From Candidatus Marinacidobacterales bacterium (GTDB lineage Bacteria; Acidobacteriota; Vicinamibacteria; Marinacidobacterales; DATDRI01), in assembly GCA_965226495.1 (NCBI GenBank), contig OZ245365.1, forward strand, positions 4,224,001 through 4,288,000: a stretch of DNA of 64,000 nt, given 5' to 3'. Positions within the stretch are counted from its first letter, which is position 1; the number at the start of each line of letters is the position of its first letter. Below, in pieces: positions 39,963 to 50,010 of the stretch. Made by a program: the position numbers and the translations under genes. The notes below the pieces were generated by a model, which searched no databases, was not told where the DNA came from, and saw nothing but the letters and a program-made list of their open reading frames with translations.

Positions 39963-39972
39963 ACCGCCCACC

Positions 39973-40764
39973 ATGTACAAACGAATCGCCCTTTTTTTGT
40001 TTCTAACTTTCGCCGCTCAAACAGGCGCGGCTCAGATGTCGACCGAGCTGAAGCCCGAAACCCTTAAGGCCTTCAAGATGTATGTGGCCAAGGTCGAGTC
40101 CGAGCTCGACAAGAGAGACGACGGGCGCAAGAAGTTCCTATGGCTGGACGAGCATCCGGCCGAGCGCAAGGCAGCGCTCCAAGGCGAAGTCGCGGTGCAC
40201 CAGTTTGGAGACGACATCATCGAAGTCAAGAACGGCCTGATTCACCACTGGCTGGGCGCGGCATTCATGCCGGGCGTTACCCTAGATGAAGCCACTAACC
40301 TGCTCACTGACGCCCAGAGACATGTGGACTACTACCCCGAGGTCGTCGAGTCAGAGGTGCTCTCGCGAGACGGTGACGTCGTTCATCAGCGGTTGAGGAC
40401 GTCGGTGACGAAGGTCTTGACGGTCGTGCTCGACATGGAGCTCGAGGCAAATCACCAGCGGCTGAATGACGAGCGCCACACCATCCGCTCCTATTCGATC
40501 CGAGTCTCGGAAGTGACGGACCATGGAACGAAAGACGAGGAGGTCCTTCCCGATGGCGAGGGCACCGGCTTCATGTGGCGGCTCAACTCCTATTGGCGGC
40601 TGGAAGCGGTGGACGGCGGCGTCCTCACCGAGTTGGAAACCGTGTCCCTGAGCCGAGGGATCCCGTTCGGGTTGGGAATGATCGTCAAGCCTTTCGTAGT
40701 AGAGGTGCCCCAGGAGTCCTTGGTCTCCACGCTGACGTCCACGCGAAACGCGCTGGCGAAATAG
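39973..40764 (+). CDS. exported hypothetical protein (START/SRPBCC-like)
   Basis: Signal peptide; GLIHHW, GFMWRLNSYWR. Confidence 0.75.
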   Translation: MYKRIALFLFLTFAAQTGAAQMSTELKPETLKAFKMYVAKVESELDKRDDGRKKFLWLDEHPAERKAALQGEVAVHQFGDDIIEVKNGLIHHWLGAAFMPGVTLDEATNLLTDAQRHVDYYPEVVESEVLSRDGDVVHQRLRTSVTKVLTVVLDMELEANHQRLNDERHTIRSYSIRVSEVTDHGTKDEEVLPDGEGTGFMWRLNSYWRLEAVDGGVLTELETVSLSRGIPFGLGMIVKPFVVEVPQESLVSTLTSTRNALAK

Positions 40765-40805
40765 CCCCGTATTTTCTGTCTGAAAAACCGGTATTTCTAC
40801 GGGTT
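40765..40805 (+). promoter_or_regulatory. operator-like motif, copy 2
   Basis: ccccgtattttctgtctgaaaaaccggtatttctacgggtt. Confidence 0.5.
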
Positions 40806-40911
40806 CAATTTCCTGCCTCCCTTCTATATAAAGGTCGCTTGGAACGGGGTGAGCCCGCGCTTCATGCCCGGCCACCGGTCAACTGAAAATCAAGAACTCG
40901 GGAGAAATCGA

Positions 40912-42309
40912 ATGAAACTGAATCCCCTCTCAACTCTTGTGCTTTCGCTACTCCTAGTGGCGATAGCGCTTCCGCTCGCGGCCCAGAAAGAAGAGCCGCG
41001 CCATATTCTCATCACCAATGTCGATGTCTTCGACGGGTTCGCCGACAGCCTCCAGCAAGACCGGAACGTGCTCGTCGAAGGCAATATGGTCAAGCAGGTC
41101 TCGTCGAGCGCAATCTCGGCGCCGGGTGCCACGGTGATCGACGGCACCGGCAAGGTGATGACCCCGGGCCTGATCGACATGCATCAGCACGTCATGCTCT
41201 TTCTGCCGGAGGGAACGGCGAGCTATCAGACTCGCTGGGACGACGCCGCGGGCGGCGCAATGGCCGTGCAGGGCATGGAAGAGCATCTCCTAATGAAAGG
41301 ATTCACCACCATCCGTGACATCGCCGGCGATCCGCTGGATCTCGCGAAGGCCATCGACATGGGACTTTTGACCGGACCACGCATCTACTCCTCCGGCGGC
41401 GCCATATCGCAAATCGGTGGCCACGGAGACTGGGCCGGTCGGAACGTTCCGCCGGAACTTCTTAACAGCCACATGGATATGACTCAGCGCACACAAAACA
41501 GCTGGTCTGTGTCCGGGCCAGATGAAGTAACTCAGGCAGTGCGCCACAACTTCCGGCGTGGAGCAGCCTTCATCAAGGTGATGGGCGGCGGTGGTGTCGC
41601 CAGCGAATTCGATCCGCTGGATATCATGGGCATGGCCGCGGACGAGGTAGCGCGAGCTGTGGAGATCGCCGCGGACAATGGTACCTACGTCGCAACCCAC
41701 GCTTACCATGACGCCTCGTATAATCGGCTCATGGACCTTGGAGTAAAGTCGTTCGAGCACGGCTTCCTGGTCACGGAGCCAACGGTCCAGCGTATGGCAT
41801 CGATGGGTCAGGACATCGTCTGGAGCTTCCAGTGCGCCGCCAGCGTCGGGACTTTCGGGAGCTACGAGTCGATGCCTGGCTTCTTTACGCACGAGCAGAA
41901 GCTGAAGGGGGTCCGGGTTGGTGAGGGTGCCCGCAACGCGGCTGCTCTGATGCAAAAGCATAACGTGTTTACGATCAGTGGTTCGGACTATTTCACGGTC
42001 GAGACGCTGCCGCGAGTGAAGGAGTCGATCACCTGCGAAGTCGAACTTGGCTACACGCCGGCCGAGGCACTCAAGCATTGGACCGGTAACGCCGGCATCG
42101 TCCTCAAGTGGTCCGGCCCGAAGGACCCATACCCGACCTACGAGCTCGGAACCATCAAGGAAGGCGCCTGGGCCGATCTTCTGCTCTGGGATGCCAACCC
42201 GCTAGATGACATCAAAGTGATCCTCGACGAGGAGAACCTCGATCTCGTCATGAAGGACGGCGTGATTTACAAGAACACGATCGGCGCGAAGAGTAGCACC
42301 ACCGATTGA
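40912..42309 (+). CDS. exported metal-dependent amidohydrolase
   Basis: PGLIDMHQH, FIK, ATH, EHG, GSD. Confidence 0.9.
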   Translation: MKLNPLSTLVLSLLLVAIALPLAAQKEEPRHILITNVDVFDGFADSLQQDRNVLVEGNMVKQVSSSAISAPGATVIDGTGKVMTPGLIDMHQHVMLFLPEGTASYQTRWDDAAGGAMAVQGMEEHLLMKGFTTIRDIAGDPLDLAKAIDMGLLTGPRIYSSGGAISQIGGHGDWAGRNVPPELLNSHMDMTQRTQNSWSVSGPDEVTQAVRHNFRRGAAFIKVMGGGGVASEFDPLDIMGMAADEVARAVEIAADNGTYVATHAYHDASYNRLMDLGVKSFEHGFLVTEPTVQRMASMGQDIVWSFQCAASVGTFGSYESMPGFFTHEQKLKGVRVGEGARNAAALMQKHNVFTISGSDYFTVETLPRVKESITCEVELGYTPAEALKHWTGNAGIVLKWSGPKDPYPTYELGTIKEGAWADLLLWDANPLDDIKVILDEENLDLVMKDGVIYKNTIGAKSSTTD

Positions 42310-43637
42310 GCGTCTTGGAACGACCGCGTTTGAAGAGCCTGCTCGCTCTGTTGGTTCTGGCGTTCCTTCTGACTCCTGCGCCGGTTGTCGCCCAAGCGGA
42401 ATCCGAAGCCGAGTCCGAGAACGACGAGGACCAAGCGTCGAAACCAAAGGATGACGACTCCCGGGAACGAGCCTCTCGTCGGTTCGGCGGCCCCGACCAA
42501 GTCGACAACCAGATGGAAGAGGACGAGGCTTCCGTGAGCCGGGTGATCGAAAAGCGTATTCTCGGACCCTACTTCGATTGGAAGAAGGGAGTGCAGGAGA
42601 AAATTGGTCTCTCGTTCTCGGTCGATTATTCCGCGGCCTACCTCTCGGCGAGCGGCGAACCCGACGAAGATCAAGCAGGCAGCGGGATCGCGCGCTTCTA
42701 CGGCTCCTGGGATCTCGTCGGCCGCGAGTCGGGAAACGCCGGCGCATTCGTCTGGAAGATAGAGCATCGCCACAAGTACACCGCGATTCCCCCGAGCGCC
42801 TTCGGTTTCAACCTGGGATACATCGGACTCATCGAGCCTCCCTTCAGCGACCAAGAGTTCCGTTGGACCAACTTGTACTGGCGTCAGCGGTGGAAGGAGG
42901 GACGAGTCGCCCTGTTCGCGGGGTTTCTAGACGCGACCGACTACTTAGATGTCTACGCCATGGCGAGCCCATGGACCGGGTTTCTCAACTTCGCGTTCAG
43001 TACGGGAACGCTCACGATTCCCGTACCCAACGACGCGACTCTCGGGTTCGCTGCCGGCGGCATGATCTCGAAGAGCCTGTTCCTCATCGGCGGCTTGGTC
43101 GACCGCAACGCGGATCCCACCGATCCCTTCGATGGATTCGAGACCTTCTTTGACGACAACGAGTACTTCAAGTCCATCGAGCTCGGTTGGACGCCTTCCC
43201 AGGATCGCATTTATCTGGACAACGTCCACGTCACGCTGTGGCAGGCCGACGAACGGATGGAGGCCGGCGAGGCAAGCGGCTGGGGCGTCAACTTCTCGTT
43301 CACACGCTTCCTGGCGAAAAAGTGGCTACCGTTCATCCGAGCAGGGTATGCAAAGGATGGCGGCAGCCTCATGCAAAAATCGGTGAGCGTTGGTCTGGGC
43401 TATCAACCGGTGGCCGGGGCCGATGTCCTTGGGGTCGGGTTCAACTGGGGTGAGCCCAACGAAGACACGTTCGGTACCGGCCGCAGGGACCAGTACACCA
43501 CCGAGATATTCTACCGATGGCAGTTGTCGCCTCAGCTCGCCATCACCCCCGATTTCCAGCTCCTGGTCCATCCTGCGCTCGACACGAAGGAAGACAAGGC
43601 TTGGGTGTTCGGTATTCGCGCGCGGCTGGCTCTTTAA
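42306..43637 (+). CDS. OprB-like carbohydrate porin
   Basis: Signal peptide; EIFYRWQ..ITPDFQ..FGIRARL barrel end. Confidence 0.85.
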   Translation: MSVLERPRLKSLLALLVLAFLLTPAPVVAQAESEAESENDEDQASKPKDDDSRERASRRFGGPDQVDNQMEEDEASVSRVIEKRILGPYFDWKKGVQEKIGLSFSVDYSAAYLSASGEPDEDQAGSGIARFYGSWDLVGRESGNAGAFVWKIEHRHKYTAIPPSAFGFNLGYIGLIEPPFSDQEFRWTNLYWRQRWKEGRVALFAGFLDATDYLDVYAMASPWTGFLNFAFSTGTLTIPVPNDATLGFAAGGMISKSLFLIGGLVDRNADPTDPFDGFETFFDDNEYFKSIELGWTPSQDRIYLDNVHVTLWQADERMEAGEASGWGVNFSFTRFLAKKWLPFIRAGYAKDGGSLMQKSVSVGLGYQPVAGADVLGVGFNWGEPNEDTFGTGRRDQYTTEIFYRWQLSPQLAITPDFQLLVHPALDTKEDKAWVFGIRARLAL

Positions 43638-43688
43638 GAGAGGGCCGTCGCGAAAAATCAAATTCATTGCTACCAGGGAGGGCTACTC

Positions 43689-43880
43689 GTGAATCGTGAG
43701 AAGCTGCGCATTGTGACCATTATGTTGATGTTGGCCGGGTTCACCGGCATGGCGAGTGCGGGAGAAGATGTGTTGGTCCTCAAGAACGGCGACCACCTGA
43801 CGGGGGAGATCAAGAAGCTCGTCGGCGGTGACATCCACATCGACGCCGACTATGGAGAGAACATTTTCATCATCGACTGG
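43689..43880 (+). pseudogene. truncated DUF481-like outer-membrane protein N-terminus
   Basis: Signal peptide plus DVLVLKNGDHLTGEIK..IDW, then unrelated sequence. Confidence 0.6.
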
Positions 43881-44081
43881 GGGGAGGGATTCTCCCAACG
43901 GCTCGAGCAGCAAAGCCGAACAAGCGGCGACCAGCACGATTCCCGCGCTTGCCTTCTTCCCAGGTAGTCCGGGATCAAAGAAAAAGTTCCGCAGTGTTCC
44001 GGCTCGCTCCTCACCAAGGCGCAGCCGACTTCATAAGGCACGTACATCCATTGGTGCTACTCCCAACCTGTATATATGTGT

Positions 44082-44555
44082 TTAGTGGAAAACGACGGGT
44101 TGCTTAACCCTTGGAACGCCTATGCCCGCGGTGGCCGCCGCGATGCCCTCGGCGAGCTCGGGATAGTGGGACCACGTCCATGGGTTGGTATCGCGCCAAG
44201 CTTCGACGAAACCGCCGGCTTCCATTAGCGAATAGACTGGCACCATCGCGTCCGATAGCTCTCTATCGTAAACGGTGAGAAGCTCCGGTTCCTCTTTGCA
44301 GAGCAAGTCAAGGGCAAGGGCAACGGGAGCTACTTCTTCAGAAAGAAGTGAGAAAGGAGCTGCGATCGCGAGGTAGACGAAATCCGGTCTTCCCGCCCAG
44401 CGCGCGCGTGACTCGAGCGTCCCCGCGAGCCATGCGTTGGGGTCGCGCTCCGGCCAAACTGTCTTGTTAAAGGTGAAGCCAACTTCGGTCTGCGAAACGG
44501 ACAAGACCCCTTCCGCAGCCTTCAAGATTCGATTCTTGTCTTGGGTGGATATCAA
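44082..44555 (-). CDS. hypothetical protein
   Basis: 157 aa, strong GAGGAGG RBS and a sigma-54 motif upstream. Confidence 0.65.
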   Translation of the reverse strand: MISTQDKNRILKAAEGVLSVSQTEVGFTFNKTVWPERDPNAWLAGTLESRARWAGRPDFVYLAIAAPFSLLSEEVAPVALALDLLCKEEPELLTVYDRELSDAMVPVYSLMEAGGFVEAWRDTNPWTWSHYPELAEGIAAATAGIGVPRVKQPVVFH

Positions 44556-44582
44556 TGGTGCCTCCTCCTCAATACGTGGAAG

Positions 44583-44598
44583 AGCAAGTCACGTGCCA
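44583..44598 (-). promoter_or_regulatory. sigma-54 promoter
   Basis: TGGCAC-GTGAC-TTGCT, consensus -24/-12. Confidence 0.75.
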
Positions 44599-44647
44599 AA
44601 AACAAAGATGCGTCGGTTCAGTCATTTAGTCCATTCGGTCCGCTCGG

Positions 44648-44689
44648 AGCTAACCGATGAGATAGCTCCGGCTATCCCATCGGTGAGCT
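44648..44689. repeat. 19-bp-arm imperfect palindrome
   Basis: agctaaccgatgagatagc-tccg-gctatcccatcggtgagct (2 mismatches). Confidence 0.8.
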
Positions 44690-44692
44690 TTT

Positions 44693-44707
44693 TGGCAAGG
44701 GAGTTGC
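44693..44707 (+). promoter_or_regulatory. possible sigma-54 promoter
   Basis: TGGCAA-GGGAG-TTGC (GG-N10-GC). Confidence 0.5.
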
Positions 44708-44793
44708 CTCCAGCGAGTCTTTGCTGCAAGCTATTGGGGCGGGGGTTGATAATCCCGCTTTCCATCATCAAAGTCAAAGGGGTGCGCGCCACA

Positions 44794-46344
44794 ATGAAGG
44801 TTCGTGAGTTTCTGGATCCACGTCGTCCATCTGGAATCAGCTTAGTTTTCACACTGTCCCTCGGGGTGGCGTTGGCCGCCTGCGGAGGAAAGAAAGAGGT
44901 CGAGGCTCCCTCGCCGACCCCCACATCGCAGGCTGGCAGGACGCCTCAGCGCAGCTCAGAAACCTCACCGCCCACGCCCTCTCAAGAAGTCCAAACGCTC
45001 TATCGAGGGCTTGACCAGGTAGACGATGAGTTCGGAACGATCCTCGAGCGGCTATCTGCCGGCGAGACAGTCGGGGACGAGGAGCTCGTCAGGCTCGGGC
45101 AGCGTCTCCAGGCGGGCGCTCGCCTGTGCGCGGAGACGGAAGGTTGCGACACCCTCCGATTCCTCGATGTCATGAGCCGCCTCGTTGAGGAACAAAACGT
45201 GGCTCTCGTCGACCAGGCTTCGCAACTGGAGACTCTGAGCAAGGAAGTGGACGCGTTCGATGAAGATCTCTCGCTCGAGTCTGGAACTTCTCCCATCGTG
45301 AACGCGATGCCGGATCTCGGTGACACCGTGTCCCTACTTCGCGGCAGCGACCTTCGCGAGATGATCCATCTAAACGGACCGGTCAAAGCCGCGCTCGATG
45401 ACTGGCTCACTTGGAACCGTCCGATGCTAATGAACTCCTACGAGTACTACCAATACCTCAGCGAAAAGATCGCGCCCATCTATGAGGAGGCAGGGCTGCC
45501 AGAAGCCTTGCTCTTCGCGATGATCGCCACCGAGACCGGTGGAAGAGCCCATTCCTATTCGCACGCCGGTGCTGCCGGTCTTCTCCAATTCATCCGTTCG
45601 ACCGGAAAACGCTACGGACTCCGAGAAGTGGATGGCTTCGACATGCGGCTCGATCCCGAGGCCGCTACGCGGGCCAACGTCGCCTACCTCAACGATCAAT
45701 TCGAAGTCTTGAATGACAATCTCGAGTTGACACTAGCCGCTTACAACGGCGGCGAGTACCGCATGAGGCGCCTGCAACGCCGGTACAAAACGGGCTTTTG
45801 GGATCAACAGGTGTATTACCGCGTGCCCAAGGAAACACGTGAGTATGTACCTCGCATTCTCGCGGCAGCGTGGCTCTTTCTTCACCCCGAGGATTACAAC
45901 CTCGAGTTCCCTGTCTTCGAAAACGAGCTGACCGAGCTCGTCCTTAAAAGGGATGCCTCTCTCGGGGAGCTCACGATTTGCCTAGGTCAGGTCGATAGCC
46001 GCAACGGGTGGTTTCGCACCCTTCGAAACCTAAACCCTCGCCTCAGGCCCGGGGAACGGGCCGAAGCCGGCGATATCATCACCCTCCCGAAACTGCTCGA
46101 GCCTTACTACGAGGAACGATGTGTTCAGGGACGTTTGGTCGAGGCGGCGTTCGAGCTCCATGAAGCCAACTATCCCTACGGCAAGATGGACGTCTACGTT
46201 GTCCGCAAAGGCGACACGTTGGGACGTATCGCCTCCCGTTATCGGTGTGTCACCACTAAAGGGCTCGCCGAGACCAACAATGTGCGCGCCCCCCGATACC
46301 TTATTAGAGTGGGACAGCAATTGAGGATCCCCGGCTGCTCGTAA
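44794..46344 (+). CDS. MltD-like lytic transglycosylase lipoprotein with LysM
   Basis: LAAC lipobox, AAGLLQF, LAAYNGG, ETREYVPR, YVVRKGDTL. Confidence 0.9.
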   Translation: MKVREFLDPRRPSGISLVFTLSLGVALAACGGKKEVEAPSPTPTSQAGRTPQRSSETSPPTPSQEVQTLYRGLDQVDDEFGTILERLSAGETVGDEELVRLGQRLQAGARLCAETEGCDTLRFLDVMSRLVEEQNVALVDQASQLETLSKEVDAFDEDLSLESGTSPIVNAMPDLGDTVSLLRGSDLREMIHLNGPVKAALDDWLTWNRPMLMNSYEYYQYLSEKIAPIYEEAGLPEALLFAMIATETGGRAHSYSHAGAAGLLQFIRSTGKRYGLREVDGFDMRLDPEAATRANVAYLNDQFEVLNDNLELTLAAYNGGEYRMRRLQRRYKTGFWDQQVYYRVPKETREYVPRILAAAWLFLHPEDYNLEFPVFENELTELVLKRDASLGELTICLGQVDSRNGWFRTLRNLNPRLRPGERAEAGDIITLPKLLEPYYEERCVQGRLVEAAFELHEANYPYGKMDVYVVRKGDTLGRIASRYRCVTTKGLAETNNVRAPRYLIRVGQQLRIPGCS

Positions 46345-46585
46345 GGGGCACCCCCTGGGTTTTTTCGAAAAAAACTCTCGACAAAACCAAAAATTTCGGC
46401 ACAATCTGGGCCATCCAATGAATTATTAGCTCCCTAGGCGGGAGCCTATGCGGGGTCTGGGGGTACGCCGATGCCCAAACTGGCCCAGGTTCACAGTAAG
46501 CTGCGCCATAAAACCGCTTTCACGCGTCGTCCCGGAGAGGCCGGGACGCGCGGGTCTCCCTGCGTTACCAGTCCGTTTCCCTCGG

Positions 46586-46617
46586 CCCTCACCCTACCCT
46601 CTCCCAGAGGGAGAGGG
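46586..46617. repeat. REP-like CCCTCACCC..CCCTCTCCC..GGGAGAGGG hairpin
   Basis: ccctcaccctaccctctcccagagggagaggg. Confidence 0.7.
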
Positions 46618-46657
46618 AATAAAGGAAGGAAGCCAACCTTGATTTCGCGGAGGCCCC

Positions 46658-47588
46658 TTGTCCGACTCTGAGAACAAGCCCTTGGGGCCGGACCGATTCA
46701 ACGAGTTGCCCGATTGGGAAGGCGACCTCTTCGAATGGGGAGTCTGGAACTCTTCCGATAAGACTTCAGAGCGAGAAGGCCTCCCCTCCCACTACAAGAT
46801 GCGGCACGACGCTCATTACGTCGATGAGCTCCTTTCGGAGAAGCGAGCCCGGCAGGTGATACTGATAGCGACCAAGGACATCACCGCGACCGTGGACGAA
46901 GGCTGGAACGTCGAACCGCTCGCTGACTCACTCACCGAGTTCGGTATCCTCCAACCGTTGCTCGTAAGACGAACCCGCGGGCGCCAAACGGTTGCTGAGG
47001 GACAGCACGGCGGGGAGTCGGGACCGGGTCGCGAACGATCTCATCCGCACCGAAGCTCAGCGGGCGACCCGATTGGCTTGGGCTGCGACACTCATTAGCT
47101 ATGCACCGGCTTTGAACCCTACCGAATTCGACGCCGCCGACGTCTTGGAAGAAGTGTTGAGCTCATGCGGCGAAGAGCGAACCCTCGCGGGGTTGAAGCT
47201 CGACAAACGCATCCAGTCGCGGTGTGAAGTGAAGGCCGACCGAATGCTGTTCGCGACTGCAGTGAGAGGCGCGGTGGACACAATTCTTCCACTCGCCCGC
47301 TCTCGCCAAGCCGCGACACTCGCCGTGAGCCTCGCGCACCACAAACCATCTCGCTCGATCGTGTTGCAGGTGTCGCAAGACGCTCTTCGTCCAGCCGATA
47401 GCGTCTGGAACCGTTGGTTCGATCTACGATGGCGTGATCGGCCGGGCGGATTCGCATCCGGCGTGGGTCTTCTCGCAGCGAAACGCGTCATCGAGCTTCA
47501 CGGTGGTCGCCTAGCCATCGCACCGACACAGGGGCTCGGCTGTCGCATCGCGTTGTCCTTCCCCGAGGGCAGAGCTCCCGCTCCCTGA
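46658..47588 (+). pseudogene. ParB-N domain / HATPase-like protein, internally deleted
   Basis: LADSLTEFGILQPLLVRR breaks at ~46985; a second frame carries GVGLLAAKRVIELHGG. Confidence 0.6.
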
Positions 47589-47705
47589 ACGACTCGTTCC
47601 CTGCTCTCACCCCATACAAATGCATCATGGCTCCCTTCTAGGCATTGCGTTATGCTATGCCCCCCTTTGTAGGAAGCCTGGGGGACAGAAAGCGAGCACA
47701 AGACA

Positions 47706-48092
47706 TTGACTCGTCCGCAGCAGTACTCGATGGTCTTGCTCCTCGGCGGCTTGGTCGCGGCGGCCGGTTGTGCTGGGAAGACCATCAACGACATCCTCGC
47801 CGACCCGCAGCGCTACGCCAATCAGGACGTCGAGGTAACCGGCAATGTGGTCGAAAGCTTCTCTGTTGTCGGTAAGGGTTTTTACCGCATCGACGACGAA
47901 ACCGGGAAACTTTGGATCTATTCATCCAAGGGGGTACCCCGGAAGGGGGCGCGAGTCAGCGTTAAGGGGAAGATCCGCGATGGATTCGATTTCGGCGCGC
48001 TGGGTGAGATCATCCCTTTGCCCGAACCGGTCAAGGAGCGGATCGAGAACGGTCTATTAATGATCGAGTCCTCTCACAAGGCAAAGAATTAG
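47706..48092 (+). CDS. small OB-fold-like lipoprotein
   Basis: AAGC lipobox; DVEVTGNVV, IDDETGKLWI. Confidence 0.75.
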   Translation: MTRPQQYSMVLLLGGLVAAAGCAGKTINDILADPQRYANQDVEVTGNVVESFSVVGKGFYRIDDETGKLWIYSSKGVPRKGARVSVKGKIRDGFDFGALGEIIPLPEPVKERIENGLLMIESSHKAKN

Positions 48093-48138
48093 CTGGACTA
48101 CCTGAAACAGATCATTTCATTGAAGGAGGGTTAGACTC

Positions 48139-48339
48139 ATGGCAGTCATCAAAGTCATCGAAGTATTGGGAACCTCGGACAAATCATGGGAGGACGCCGC
48201 CGAGAAAGCGCTTAAGGGTGCGCACGACAGCATCCGCAACATCACCGGGCTCGACATCGTCTCTCAGACCGCCAAGGTCAAAGATGGAAAGATCTCGGAG
48301 TACCACACGACATGCAAGGTGGCCTTCAAGATCGATTAG
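48139..48339 (+). CDS. dodecin-family protein
   Basis: KVIEVLGTSDKSWEDAA..KVAF; GGAGG RBS. Confidence 0.9.
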   Translation: MAVIKVIEVLGTSDKSWEDAAEKALKGAHDSIRNITGLDIVSQTAKVKDGKISEYHTTCKVAFKID

Positions 48340-48411
48340 ACGAAGCATCCGGGGCATTCATTCGAACTTCGTAGCGTGTGAGAAAATCGAGGGTTCTAGA
48401 AAGGGGTAGGT

Positions 48412-49225
48412 ATGCGTTGGAGAAAGCGTGAACGGAGCTCCAACCTTGAAGACCGCCGCTCTCAAACCGGTCGTCGACTCGGTGGGGGCCGTGGGATGGG
48501 GTTGGGCGGCCTTCTCATCATCTTGGCATTGAGCTTCCTATTCAAGGAAAATTTCTTCGCTCTGCTCGGGCCTGCCCTTGAAACCGCGCCGGCCCCCGGT
48601 GGTGCTTCGGCCCCTCAGTCAACCCAAGCCTCCCCCGAAGAAGAGGAGCTCGTCGATTTCATGTCGTTCGTCCTCGACGACACACAGGCCACTTGGTCGC
48701 AGCTCCTGGCGAGCTCCGGTGGCTACCGACCCGCCCGGATGGTGCTCTTTCGGGGTGCGGTCCAATCGGCGTGTGGCTTCGCGCAATCCGCGACCGGGCC
48801 CTTCTATTGTCCCGGTGACGTTTCGGCGCGCCGGGAGACTTCGCGCAGGCTTACGTCATCGCACACGAGATCGGACACCACGTCCAGACGCTTCTAGGCG
48901 TCGAGGACCAAGTGCGCCAAGCTCAGGGGGCGCGGCCCGGTCAAGCCAACCAGCTCTCGGTGCTCATGGAGCTGCAAGCCGACTGCTTCGCGGGCGTTTG
49001 GGGCCATTCCACGGCACAGCGGGGCATCCTCGAGGGCGGCGATGTCGAAGAAGGTCTCAACGCCGCGGCCGCCATCGGTGACGATCGTATCCAGCAAATG
49101 TCGAGGGGGCACGTCATGCCCGAATCCTTCACTCACGGCTCCTCGGAGCACGCGTCCGCTGGTTCCGGCGCGGCTTAGAATCGGGGCGTCCCGAAGACTG
49201 CGATACCTTCTCCGCCGACCGATAG
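48412..49225 (+). pseudogene. YpfJ-like neutral zinc metallopeptidase, disrupted
   Basis: GPFYCPGD, then a deletion; AHEIGHHVQ and ELQADC in another frame; second frameshift at ~49151. Confidence 0.85.
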
Positions 49226-49244
49226 ATCCGACCCGAGACAAGTC

Positions 49245-49985
49245 ATGCGTATTTACAACTACACCAACTTTCCACTTCATATGGACCAGGAGGACTTCGA
49301 GCGGTTTCCCGAGGCAACCCGGGTGGGCGAACCGGCTCCCGAAGGAAAGCTGATCGAGGCCGCCGATGGTCGTGAGGTGCGCCTATCCGAATGTTGGAGC
49401 AACGGTCCCGCGGTGATCGAGTTCGGCTCTATCACCTGACCCTTCTGCGGGCTGGCGGCGCCGGCCCTCGAGCCCATGGCGAAGGAGTTCGCCGAGCACG
49501 GCATACGATTCGTCTTCGTCTACACCCGTGAAGCACACCCGGGGGACAACTATCCCTGTCACCAGAGCGTCGAGCAGAAGATATCTCACGCCCGCGACAT
49601 GGTCCGCTACTGGAATTTCGAAAGAGCCATGCTAGTAGACGACTTGGAGGGTACCCTCCATCACGCCTACGGCCGGCTTCCCAACATGACCTATATCGTC
49701 AACGCCGCCGGGAACATCCTGTACCGGGCGAACTGGACGGATCCCCGTTCGATCCGCATGGCGCTTGAGCAGATCCTATTCGAGCGAGCAGAGCGCCGCG
49801 CTAAGAGACGAACCACGCCCTACTACGTCGAGTGGATGCCGCAGCGACACAACGACCAAATCCCGTTCATGGAAGGCTTGGTGATGGTAGGTCCGCAGGC
49901 CATCGAGGATTACATCAACGCAACCGTCCACATGGACGGCGAGGCCGCGGCGAACGTTCTGCGTAAATGGCGCGATGACAGATGA
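49245..49985 (+). CDS. deiodinase-like thioredoxin-fold selenoprotein (UxxC)
   Basis: EFGSIT-TGA(49437-49439)-PFC reads in frame into FVYTREAHP; hairpin follows the TGA. Confidence 0.88.
49449..49467 (+). promoter_or_regulatory. SECIS-like hairpin
   Basis: gggctggc-ggc-gccggccc starting 10 nt after the TGA, G-initiated loop. Confidence 0.7.
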
Positions 49986-50010
49986 TTTCCGCAGACTCGT
50001 CGTCCGACAT

